64,000 nucleotides of DNA. Origin: an uncultured bacterium. GTDB taxonomy: Bacteria; Chlamydiota; Chlamydiia; Chlamydiales; FEN-1388. The notes under the pieces were generated by a model. It was not told where the DNA came from. It worked only from the letters and a program-made list of their open reading frames with translations, and made no database searches. The stretch spans positions 10,378 through 74,377 of the forward strand of contig CAZEQY010000014.1 in NCBI GenBank assembly GCA_964514655.1, given 5' to 3'. How positions within the stretch are numbered: position 1 is the first letter of the stretch; every line of letters begins with the position of its first letter. Of this stretch, positions 44,777 through 53,900 are shown one piece after another. The translations under genes and the position numbers were made by a program.

Positions 44777-44878
44777 ATGAGACAAGCATTTTTTGCATTA
44801 TTAGCCCTTATCGCCGTTTTCGGCGCCGTATCAGCCTGCAACCGTACCTCAATCCACGAAAACCACCATCGCCACTGA
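44777..44878 (+). CDS. Candidate small lipoprotein (33 aa) with a His-rich tail
   Basis: Manual translation gives MRQAFFALLALIAVFGAVSACNRTSIHENHHRH. GGAG lies 7 nt upstream and the lipobox is VSAC. Below the ORF-track size cut-off. Confidence 0.4.
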   Translation: MRQAFFALLALIAVFGAVSACNRTSIHENHHRH

Positions 44879-44890
44879 TTTAAGGCCTTC

Positions 44891-44968
44891 GTGCCCGTGC
44901 CCGCTAAATTCAATCATTCAGCTTTAATGGAGCGCTAATCGGATAATTGAAAAAGCGGGCGCGGGCAC
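44891..44968. repeat. Hairpin-forming inverted repeat (15-bp arms, 14/15 match, 48-nt loop)
   Basis: GTGCCCGTGCCCGCT at 44891-44905 pairs with AGCGGGCGCGGGCAC at 44954-44968. Confidence 0.7.
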
Positions 44969-45280
44969 GCATACGCATCCTATTCCCCATAAGTCGAACA
45001 AGAGCACAGTATAAAAATTAAAAATACCACACTTGAGTTAGTGGGAAGCTTCTTTTGCGCTTTTGGGTTTTTGCGTTTTTGCGTTAATTTTTTTCAATTT
45101 TATACATATCTTTGAGGCTTAAAGGTATTTTCGGTAATGTAAGAATTCAACGCAAAAACGCAAAAACCCAAAAGCGCAAAAGAAGCTTCGTCAAAGTTGC
45201 ATAAACCGTTACTTTAAAGAGCTTAAGAAACTATCGTGGAGAAGAAATTTAAGACTTATGGGGAATAGGATGCGCATACG
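44968..45280. repeat. Outer inverted repeat enclosing the 41-bp palindrome (MITE-like shell)
   Basis: CGCATACGCATCCTATTCCCCATAAGTC at 44968-44995 faces GACTTATGGGGAATAGGATGCGCATACG at 45253-45280. The 22 nt adjacent to the interior are perfectly complementary. Confidence 0.7.
45045..45189. repeat. Perfect 41-bp inverted repeat built of (A)CGCAAAA-type octamers, with a 63-nt spacer
   Basis: 45045-45085 GAAGCTTCTTTTGCGCTTTTGGGTTTTTGCGTTTTTGCGTT is the exact reverse complement of 45149-45189. The spacer and right arm recur at 63283-63366. Confidence 0.9.
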
Positions 45281-45288
45281 AGCAGGGG

Positions 45289-45424
45289 CCAATGGTGTCA
45301 ACTTAAGACCTTTTCTGATCTTATTCTCAATCTTGATCTTGGTCTTATTCTGCCTTTTTCCTTGCGTCCTGAAAATAAAGAATAAGATCAAGATCAAGAA
45401 AATATCTTTAGTTGACGCCATTGG
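45289..45424. repeat. Long imperfect hairpin (two stem segments)
   Basis: Outer stem is 45289-45302 with 45411-45424 (13/14). Inner stem is 45331-45351 with 45379-45399 (20/21). Confidence 0.7.
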
Positions 45425-45473
45425 GGCACGAGCACGAAGAGCGATTTTTGGCATTATGTATTGTTACGATAAC

Positions 45474-46265
45474 TCAATGGCCCGCGACAACCCCTTTTAT
45501 AAGAAAGGTTTGTAGGAGCGGGTTAAAGAGGCTGGGGCTGTCCATTGGAATGGTGTGACCACACTTTTCTAGGACGGCAAGCTGCGAGTTGGGGATGAGG
45601 CTGTGCAGCTTTTGTGAGTGGTGTAGCGGCAGTAGAAGGTCTTTTTTACCGGCTACGATGAGGGTAGGGCATTGAATCGAAGAAAGCTCTTTTGTCACAT
45701 CAAAATTCATTAGATCGCTAAAAAGATATTTAAAATCATTTTTATTCATGCAGGCAATGTGCGACTTGCACACAGTTCGCTCGAGTGTTTGCTTTTTTTG
45801 CGGAAAGCAAAGTCTTGAGATAATTGCTCCTATGGTATCTAAAGAACATACGCGTACCAAAAAGCGATACAGCGCGGCTAAGGGTCTATTCATATCGCCA
45901 ACTCTTGCGCTTGAGCCAACAAGGGTTAAGCTGCTTGCGAGGTTGGGTTTACGAAGGGCAAGTTCTAGTCCCACAAAACTGCCAAAAGAAAGTCCCACAA
46001 CATGACACGAATCAATATTGAGTGCGCCAAGTAGCTCTACCATATCATCTGCAATATCGTGTACGGTAAGGTGCGATGTTTCTGCAGTTGATTTTCCGTG
46101 GCCAGCAAAATCCGGAGTAATAACTTGATAGTGTCTTGAAAAATAGGGTATCTGGCGCATCCAGTCAGCTCCGCAGGAGCCGAGTCCATGCAGCATTAAG
46201 AGCGGGGCGCCCTTGCCGTGGGTTTCATAGTATATACTACTACATTTTAATTTAATTGTTGGCAT
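45474..46265 (-). CDS. Alpha/beta-fold hydrolase
   Basis: Motifs LLMLHGLGSCGADW, the nucleophile elbow GLSFGSFVG, and the C-terminal CGHTIPMD. Confidence 0.8.
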   Translation of the reverse strand: MPTIKLKCSSIYYETHGKGAPLLMLHGLGSCGADWMRQIPYFSRHYQVITPDFAGHGKSTAETSHLTVHDIADDMVELLGALNIDSCHVVGLSFGSFVGLELALRKPNLASSLTLVGSSARVGDMNRPLAALYRFLVRVCSLDTIGAIISRLCFPQKKQTLERTVCKSHIACMNKNDFKYLFSDLMNFDVTKELSSIQCPTLIVAGKKDLLLPLHHSQKLHSLIPNSQLAVLEKCGHTIPMDSPSLFNPLLQTFLIKGVVAGH

Positions 46266-46311
46266 AAATTAATAGATTTATTATTCTATATAAAGTTTAT
46301 ATGGAGTTTGT

Positions 46312-46749
46312 ATGTATTTGATATTCGTTGTTATAAGTTTGTTATTTTCTAGTTGTGCAACAATCATTAACGGTCACGATCAAAAAGTTACTATTCTCTC
46401 TGAGCCTGAAGGCGCTGATATTACTATCAACGGCGTTGAGGCCGGTAAAACACCCGCTACATTTCGCATCGTTCGAGCAAAAGACCACGTTATTTGCCTT
46501 TCAAAAGAAGGCTATCATGTGGCCACTGCCGAGCTTACAAGATCGCTATCCGGAGTGTCAATTTTCTACCTATTGCCAGGTGGCTTATTAAGCCTTGCGA
46601 TAGACTCCCAAGAAGGATCAGTCTACTGCTTTCCCGATAAAGTAGACGTAATGCTAAAAAAGCTATTTGATCCCGACACTGTCATTGCTATGCATATTGA
46701 TCTACTAAAGAGCATTACGCAAGAGCAACGCAAAGAACTACAGCAATAG
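46312..46749 (+). CDS. PEGA-domain lipoprotein
   Basis: Signal and lipobox LLFSSC, then VTILSEPEGADITINGVEAGKTPATFRI (PEGA motif). Confidence 0.75.
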   Translation: MYLIFVVISLLFSSCATIINGHDQKVTILSEPEGADITINGVEAGKTPATFRIVRAKDHVICLSKEGYHVATAELTRSLSGVSIFYLLPGGLLSLAIDSQEGSVYCFPDKVDVMLKKLFDPDTVIAMHIDLLKSITQEQRKELQQ

Positions 46750-46809
46750 CTACAAGGCATCCGATAAGTATCCAAAGCGCCTTTTGAGGATGCGGCTTTT
46801 TAACGTGCA

Positions 46810-46938
46810 TTACTTTGCTGGTTGCTCTACAGTTTTAGGCTTTGGCGCTTCCGTAGGCCCTTTGTGGTAGTTCTCAAAAAGCAGCCAAGCAATGCCTAGC
46901 AGCACAATAATCGTTAACACAATATCTCTATTTGCCAT
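46810..46938 (-). CDS. Candidate small membrane protein (42 aa)
   Basis: Manual translation gives MANRDIVLTIIVLLGIAWLLFENYHKGPTEAPKPKTVEQPAK. GGAG lies 7 nt upstream. It sits 59 nt downstream of tsaD on the same strand. Confidence 0.35.
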   Translation of the reverse strand: MANRDIVLTIIVLLGIAWLLFENYHKGPTEAPKPKTVEQPAK

Positions 46939-46997
46939 CTTTTTCTCCATGGTTTTTTTATACCCTAATGGCGAAACAGGATTTAAATTTCAACAGA

Positions 46998-47990
46998 TTA
47001 ATTGCGCAAGAAGGGGATGCGGGTTTCGGGGTCTATGTCGAGGGTGGGTAGGGGGGCTTTGTGGAAGGCAAGGCCCGCGATCATGGCGGCGTTGTCGAGG
47101 CAAAGATCTACCTTTGGCCAAAAAAGCTGTAGGGGCAGTCTTTCACTCAAAAGGGTGCGTAGGCGTTTATTTTGGGTAACGCCGCCGCCAAGGTAGATTG
47201 CCTTATAGGTATCTTGTTGCAAGGCAAGTTCTATCTTGTGTAAGACATCGTGAAAGACAGCTTCTTGAAACGATGCGCATATGTCATAGACATCTTGTTC
47301 TGTAAGAGGTTTTGCAAGGTCTCGTATTGTATAGAGCACACTTGTCTTTATGCCGCTAAATGAAAAATCAAGGGGATTTGCTTTGACCCTTCCTGCCTTA
47401 AAGCGAAAGCGCGATGGGTCGCCAGCTAGTGCAAGCTTTTCGACTTTGGGGCCTCCGGGATATCCTAGCATAAGCATTTTGGCGACTTTATCAAATGACT
47501 CACCAATGGCATCGTCAATAGTTTCGCCAATAAGGCGGTAGGAGCCTACTCCAAGCATGCTTACAAGGCTTGTGTGGCCGCCGGAAAGTACTGCACCAAG
47601 TGCAGGAAAGTGCGTGTTTTCGTGCGACATAACAGCAGCATAGAGGTGCGCTTCAATGTGGTTAATAGGGATAAGCGGTTTATCTAACGCAAGGGCTAAA
47701 GACTTTGCAAAATGGAGCCCTACAAGTAAAGCACCAACGAGTCCTGGCCCTTTAGCTACAGCAATGGCATCGATATCATCTAAAGAGCATCCAGCTTCAC
47801 TTAGTGCCTTTTGCAGCACCGGAACAATAACATCAATATGACGCCTGCAGGCAAGTTCCGGCACAACGCCGCCAAACTCCTTATGTAGGTCAATCTGGGA
47901 GCTTATGACGTTAGATAAAATATGAACACCATCTTGCACTACTGCTAAGGCTGTTTCATCGCATGTTGATTCAATTCCGAGTATTCGCAT
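46998..47990 (-). CDS. tsaD: tRNA N6-adenosine threonylcarbamoyltransferase TsaD
   Basis: Motifs MRILGIESTCDETALAVV, NHIEAHLYA, VLSGGHTSL and GGVTQNKRLR. Confidence 0.9.
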   Translation of the reverse strand: MRILGIESTCDETALAVVQDGVHILSNVISSQIDLHKEFGGVVPELACRRHIDVIVPVLQKALSEAGCSLDDIDAIAVAKGPGLVGALLVGLHFAKSLALALDKPLIPINHIEAHLYAAVMSHENTHFPALGAVLSGGHTSLVSMLGVGSYRLIGETIDDAIGESFDKVAKMLMLGYPGGPKVEKLALAGDPSRFRFKAGRVKANPLDFSFSGIKTSVLYTIRDLAKPLTEQDVYDICASFQEAVFHDVLHKIELALQQDTYKAIYLGGGVTQNKRLRTLLSERLPLQLFWPKVDLCLDNAAMIAGLAFHKAPLPTLDIDPETRIPFLRN

Positions 47991-48018
47991 AGGTGTAAGT
48001 ATAGCATTTTACAAAACT

Positions 48019-49785
48019 TTATTCAAGAAATGGCCGCACCTGAAGGATGTAGAGCGAGTTGTCGTGAAAGAGCCATTCGATGTCAAGGGGTTGAGCCTTT
48101 CCAAAAAGCCTCTGGATGCGATAGGCGCTATTTCCAAGTGCCGTTACCTGTTGATCAGTAAGGATGGGTGATGCATCGCCATCGCTTTGAACCTCTTGTA
48201 TGCCTCCAGCATCATCTAAAATAGATTTTGTGCTAGACGTTGTTCTTGATAGTACTTTGATGCCCTTATTGTCGTAGTTGTAGATGATCTGTTCCGGTAT
48301 CAAGGCTCCTTCTACAACAGATATGCCAAGGCCTCTATGGGCGTTGATGGTATAGACTTCCATAGTTTCTGTAGGGTCAAAGATGTCCTTTGTAACAAGT
48401 ACGCCAGCAGAGTCGGCATTCACACTTTTTTGCAGCAAGATAGCGCCATAGACAGTATTATGGTCTATGCCATAACGTGCTCGTTCCTTACACGCCTTAT
48501 CGCTCCATACACTTGCCCAAACGCACTTAATAGCCTGTTCTAGGCTTGCACGATCTTTTACATTGGCAACAGTTTCATAAAGCCCTGCTCCGTTAAAGTC
48601 TTTAAGGTCTTCAGCGTTTGTAGAGCTTCTTACAAAATAGCCCTCATCTATATCCGGAAGGGCATCTAAAAGTGCATTACTCAAGGGTTGGGAAAGTATT
48701 TTTTCACGAATTTCTGAAGGCGTGAGCCCTTTGTCTAGCACTCCTGATAGATGCTCAAAATAGTAAGAAAAGGGAATTGCATATCCTTCTGGAATGTTGA
48801 GTGTAAGCTGAGAGGCTATGCCAAGGTTTGTGGCCTTTGCTCCATAGGCAGCCATATCTACTAGGCGAAGTTCAGTAAGAGGCTTTATAGCCTTTTGGGC
48901 AAGGTTTACGGGGGCAAGCTTGACTACTTTTGCCTCTCTTGGTTGTGCGTAGAGAGAGATTTCTTCCTCTGTTGCAGGGCGCAAGCTATAGCCCTCAGAT
49001 GTTGTTTCAAAATAGACGTACTCGCCTTCAAGAGCTTTATAGGTGCTGCTTGCCTCTTTAATGCCGGCGTGGGGTATTTTCCATGAGCGTGCGCGAAGAG
49101 CAAGGTGCGATAGCGGCGTAGAAAATTGCTCTGTAATAATCCCTCTTACCGGTGTGATGTCGGGAATAAGCTTGGGTAAGATGATGATGGCATCTTCGCG
49201 ATATTCGGGCGGGTCTATCTCCAAAATGCCTACGCTTATGCCTCTATGTAGAAGTTGGTAGCAAGAGCTTGTAAAGAGCTCGTGATTTGTGAGTATGGGT
49301 ATATCCGATAGCGTCATCGCCACTTGTTCTTGATAGGTAGATGTGGGCCTAAAGTGGACCTTATCGGCAAGATAAAATGAGCTCAAGAGCGCTTTAAAGC
49401 CGCGCTCGATGTCAGCTTTTGTTGCCTTATCGCCTTCCCAGAGCGAGAGGCTCCAGAGATTTTGGTTTGTGTGGTAGACGAGGTAGCATAAAAGGTAGTT
49501 AGGCTTAACTTCATCGTAATTTTTTGCATATTCAGTGTATACTTTTTGCGAAAGCGGCTTTTGTATTAGCTCTTTAAGCAAAAAGTCAATGTGCATGGGG
49601 TAGGTATGAACATCAAAGTAGTAAATAGCATTGCTTTTGAGGTCCAGTACAAATTTAGTATACCGATCACCATTAACCTGTATAGAATTTTGCTCAAACT
49701 CTCTATATGAATCAATTCTATTACAATAAGAAGCTTCAAGAGAAAGGGTAAGAAATAAAAGTAATGCTAATATTCGATTTTTCAT
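48019..49785 (-). CDS. Signal-peptide-bearing protein with a PEP/pyruvate-binding (PPDK_N, ATP-grasp) domain
   Basis: N-terminus MKNRILALLLFLTLSLEAS. The C-terminal half has YGAKATNLG, VRSSTNAEDLKDFNGAGLYETV and VWASVWSDKACKERARYGIDH, typical of the pyruvate phosphate dikinase / PEP synthase N-terminal domain. Confidence 0.7.
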   Translation of the reverse strand: MKNRILALLLFLTLSLEASYCNRIDSYREFEQNSIQVNGDRYTKFVLDLKSNAIYYFDVHTYPMHIDFLLKELIQKPLSQKVYTEYAKNYDEVKPNYLLCYLVYHTNQNLWSLSLWEGDKATKADIERGFKALLSSFYLADKVHFRPTSTYQEQVAMTLSDIPILTNHELFTSSCYQLLHRGISVGILEIDPPEYREDAIIILPKLIPDITPVRGIITEQFSTPLSHLALRARSWKIPHAGIKEASSTYKALEGEYVYFETTSEGYSLRPATEEEISLYAQPREAKVVKLAPVNLAQKAIKPLTELRLVDMAAYGAKATNLGIASQLTLNIPEGYAIPFSYYFEHLSGVLDKGLTPSEIREKILSQPLSNALLDALPDIDEGYFVRSSTNAEDLKDFNGAGLYETVANVKDRASLEQAIKCVWASVWSDKACKERARYGIDHNTVYGAILLQKSVNADSAGVLVTKDIFDPTETMEVYTINAHRGLGISVVEGALIPEQIIYNYDNKGIKVLSRTTSSTKSILDDAGGIQEVQSDGDASPILTDQQVTALGNSAYRIQRLFGKAQPLDIEWLFHDNSLYILQVRPFLE

Positions 49786-49866
49786 GTGGTAACTTTAGCA
49801 GAAATAGATCTTTACGAATAGTAACTATTTATGATAGAATTTCGTTTAATTTAATTGAAGGTTGTA

Positions 49867-50850
49867 ATGGATCCAGTTTGCTTTCGTTGTTATCCTTCTG
49901 ATTGTCAGGGGCATTCTAAAAAGAAACAAAATCGACGCCTTGCTCGGTCTGATGAGCTTATGACTGATGTTTTCAAGGAAAATATACCTAAACGAAACTG
50001 TGATATTGAGCTAGAGGCCTTAGATGCAAATGCTCAACTCAAGAAGCGCCATGTGGAGTCTGTAGGACAAGACGACATGGATATTGATGAGCTTGAAAAT
50101 ATGATGGCAAACACAAAGCTTGCATATGTTACAGGGGGAGCTTTGGTGTTTGATCCTTCACACTCTTCAGTATTAGACGATCAAGATTTTATCGAGGCAG
50201 GAACAACCTGTGGAGATTTTGAGCAGCTTATAGTACATCAAGGTGCATTTATATCAGACGAGGGAATGCAAAGAGTGCTTTGGCATAAGTGGAAGTGTGG
50301 AGAGTCCCCTTTAGAGAGGTTTGAGATTGGCTATTTGCCCAATGTAACAGACAACACGCTTTTTGTACTTGGCGATTATTTTCCAGGACTTTTAGAGCTA
50401 CATATTACCGGTCATTTAGATCCTCAAAAGCCGATGCGCATAACTTCTGAAGGTGTTGCAGTGCTTGCTAGCTGTTGCAAAATGTTAGAGGTTGTAAACC
50501 TCAACTGGTGTCGTGGCATATCTAATAAAGCACTTTTTGCCTTGGCGGCTAACTGTCCAATGCTTAGAGAGTTTTCCGCCTATAGCTGCCTGGAATTTAC
50601 TCAAGAGGGTTTTGAGAGTCTTGTGTCTAGTTGCATCAATCTTGAACAGTTGGAACTATGTGACTGCACGCAAGTAACCGATGAGTGGCTATATTTCCTT
50701 ATTGAGCATGCCCCAAATCTTAGAATGCTTGATGTAACAGGTTGCAGCAAACTGTCAGATAACGCCCTTAAAGCTATCCTTAAACACTTTAATGAACTAG
50801 AGTTACATACTGATCGCAACAATCTTACTACTAGTTTTTCGCAAGGTTAG
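49867..50850 (+). CDS. Eukaryote-like leucine-rich-repeat protein (cysteine-containing FBXL/AMN1-type LRR)
   Basis: About 26-residue repeats: LNWCRGISNKALFALAANCPMLREFSAYSCLEFTQEGFESLVSSCINLEQLELCDCTQVTDEWLYFLIEHAPNLRMLDVTGCSKLSDNAL. ATG 49867 is preferred over the TTG at 49855. Confidence 0.75.
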   Translation: MDPVCFRCYPSDCQGHSKKKQNRRLARSDELMTDVFKENIPKRNCDIELEALDANAQLKKRHVESVGQDDMDIDELENMMANTKLAYVTGGALVFDPSHSSVLDDQDFIEAGTTCGDFEQLIVHQGAFISDEGMQRVLWHKWKCGESPLERFEIGYLPNVTDNTLFVLGDYFPGLLELHITGHLDPQKPMRITSEGVAVLASCCKMLEVVNLNWCRGISNKALFALAANCPMLREFSAYSCLEFTQEGFESLVSSCINLEQLELCDCTQVTDEWLYFLIEHAPNLRMLDVTGCSKLSDNALKAILKHFNELELHTDRNNLTTSFSQG

Positions 50851-50955
50851 TTGTTTTTTATTTCCCGTAAAACATCCTTATCCCTAAGATGAGTTTTGTT
50901 ATGTTTCTTCTTTAGTTTGAAACATGCAAACGTAATACATAAAAGGGGATAGCGT

Positions 50956-53900
50956 ATGGATCCAATAGATGCATTAACAGAAAAGTTATTTAATTTGGAG
51001 TTCCTGCCTAAAGGCTCTTCAATGACCTTGCAAGGGCATGAATTAACAAGTACAGAACATTATCATGAAGAACTTGAAGCATTAAAAGTAAAATCAGCAT
51101 CTATACAGGCAAAGTTTACTGGTGATAAAGATTTAGTTGGTCTATCTAGAAGAGTACAAAGTATTAAAATACGCTTTTTGACTTCATTTGGAGAAGAAGT
51201 GTCTGCTACCGGCAATTGTAGAACGTTACGCGTAATTCGCGAGGGCGGATATGCCTATGCCGATTATGCAGCAATAATGGGGTTTTTTGTTAAGGCGGTC
51301 ACTCAGCAAGAAGTAGAAGCAAGAAAAGCCTTTCAAGCTGCTAATTACGATCTTGCACACAAGCATTTTTCAGCAATTGCTGAGGCTCTTAGTTGCGATA
51401 AAGCCTCGCCTCGCTATTTTCACGTACATCTTGCACTGCTCGCTACGCTCTTGAAGCAATCAAAAGTCCGTGAGGCTATCGATATACTCCTCCGGTTAGA
51501 AAGAGAAATTCCGAATGACGATAAATTGTTGCGAGCAGAATGTGCGCAACAAAGAAAAGCGATTACAGATGTAGTTGTTGATCTATTTAATAGGAATGAA
51601 GGCGCCTTAAAAGGCCTTGAAGCACGTATTAGGGATGCGGGAGGAACTGTTCGTAAGCTTTTATCAGGAGAGCGCCTGCAGCAAGTTACGGACCTACGCA
51701 CCTATTTGAGCGACTTGCGTCCTGTGCAGGTCACGCTTGATCGCATTGAGCACGACGGTAGAGCGTGTCTAGATGCCTTAAAAGACTTAGTTACATTTTA
51801 CCAAGCTTTAGGGCTTGAGCCAAAAAGTAGGAATGAGTTTGTTGGTAAACTACTTACGTATTGGAGAAATCTCAATGGAAGTGCTATTCAGCTTTTTGAG
51901 CAGCTAGTAGCCGCAAGAACTCGCGAAATGCAGTGTCGCGGATTAGTGGATTGGATATCTCATAGGCTTGGTGAGTATAGAGCGCCATCTCCAGAGCCCA
52001 TAGCAGATGATGTACAGCCTGAACAGCAAAATATTGAGCTATCTGCTGTTTATAAATGGGCATTAACCTATCTTGGAGCTCTTTATGCATCTAACGAAGT
52101 GTCACAAAATTCGCTTACTAGAGTAGTATGCCTAATGCGAGAGAATTCTGATGTCTTCTTTAGGTATGGGTCTAACCTGAGGTCTGATGTTAAGTTTTGT
52201 TTTGGGCAAGAGAATAAAGGTGTAAGCCTCTTGTTTTTAGCAGTGCTCTCAGAGATGATTCAGAACGAATACTGTACAGTAGTCAAGATCAGGATGCGTA
52301 CAGATTGGACCTGGTCGTGGCTTTATCAATATGCAAGAAGTGTGATTACAAGAGAGACTCTTGAATCCGTTCCACAGATTGTTGTAACACAAGAAATGAT
52401 GGCAAGGGCTATGCCACATGCTAAAAATCCTGTACAAGTTTTGCATAGAATTCTTACCACATTCCAGGAATGTAACGAGAAGGGATTTGATCAATTATCT
52501 GCTGAACAAAAAGTAACCCTTTTTGAAAGTGCCTATGACTTTCTTCTGGTGGCAAAAAATATCGCAGAACACTGGATTGAACCACAGTATACGAAAAAAT
52601 TTGAAGATGAACTTGATGCGCTTGAATTTTTGCGTGTCTGCCAAGCAAGAAGAAGTGGTCTTCCTTACGAACGGTTTAAGACAAAGCTTAAAGAATTGCA
52701 AAGTTCACAGTTTCTTCAGTGGATTGGTCTTTATAATCCAGAACGAAATGGTGTGACTGTTGAAAATGCAGAAAAGTATGCACAGCTCTTTTTTGTTGTT
52801 GCCGACACTGCTGAGTTGCATTTTGCAGATGAAAAGAAGTTTACAGATGAAGAAGTCTATCTAATAGCTACATTCCTTATCAATCGCTATAGGGAGCTAA
52901 AAAAATTCAACTTACTACCAAAGACAGCTGAGGATCTAGACTCAAGACTTACGCAGTTTATGGCAAGGTGCGTAAAAAGAACAAGTCAAGAACTGCGGCA
53001 GAGGTATTTTGATGCGCCGGTGCTCCATGAAATTGAGAGTTTGCATAGTGAAGCAATTAATGCTATCGCCGGGCTTTTACTTGATAAGGGAGTGCGTGAT
53101 TTTCTTGAACAGGCAGTCTATCCTCACCTTAAAAGCCTGCGGCTTGATTGGGGAATATCTGAACATAATGACCGTACAGACTTTAGACGCTGTACAAATC
53201 TTTTGCACCTTGAAATGCCACTTACTTCACACGAGAGTGCTCAGGAGCTTCAGTGGATTGCAACTCATTTACAGGCATTAGCTAGTCTTACATTGAGAAA
53301 CGGGCCCGTGTATGTACAGGCGTTAAACGATATGAAGAGCCTGGGCTGTTTGTCGCTTGTAAATATCCATGAGGTGCTTGATTTATCAGGCTGTAATCGC
53401 CTGCAGTGGCAACTCAGAGAGCTTTATCTTCATGATGTTACAGTAAGAGAGAATTCACTTTCGTGGGTGGGGGCAAGTCGGCAGCTTTCGTCGCTACAAC
53501 TGTCTCATAATTGCATACAAGGCGCCGCCCGGATTGGTTCGCTTATGCCACCTGCGGGCAGGCAGATTAATGGAAACCCATGCATTACTCAGCTTCTTGT
53601 TGGAGCAAAGTATCGCACTCAAGATAGAGGCCCGATTCTTATGGATCTTGATCAAGATCCTGGCTTTAAGGCCTCATTACTTGCGCTTTTAGATGCTCAC
53701 TCAGCAGTAAAGCCCGTTAAGGATCTTACCTTGTTTGCGACCTCTCAGGGCTCTTTACTTGAGTGGCTACGAACAATGAATGAGCGCGCATCGCTTACGC
53801 ACCTAACAATTTCGCTTGGACGAAAGGCGTTTTCTGAGCAGGCCGTCCAGGAATATGCTCAACAGCATGGGCTTCGATTAGACTCACAAGAAGATATCAA

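Noticed and set aside
45045-45189. Possibility that the ACGCAAAA-type repeats are a CRISPR array
   Set aside because: The copies are inverted rather than direct. The units are 8-9 nt tandem octamers without unique spacers of regular length, and no cas genes are present.
45209-45515. Two ORFs of 81 and 85 aa on opposite strands (45209..45454 and 45258..45515)
   Set aside because: They are mirror images generated by the palindromic repeats. They have low-complexity, Lys/Ile-rich sequences and no SD. I treat them as artefacts of the inverted repeats.
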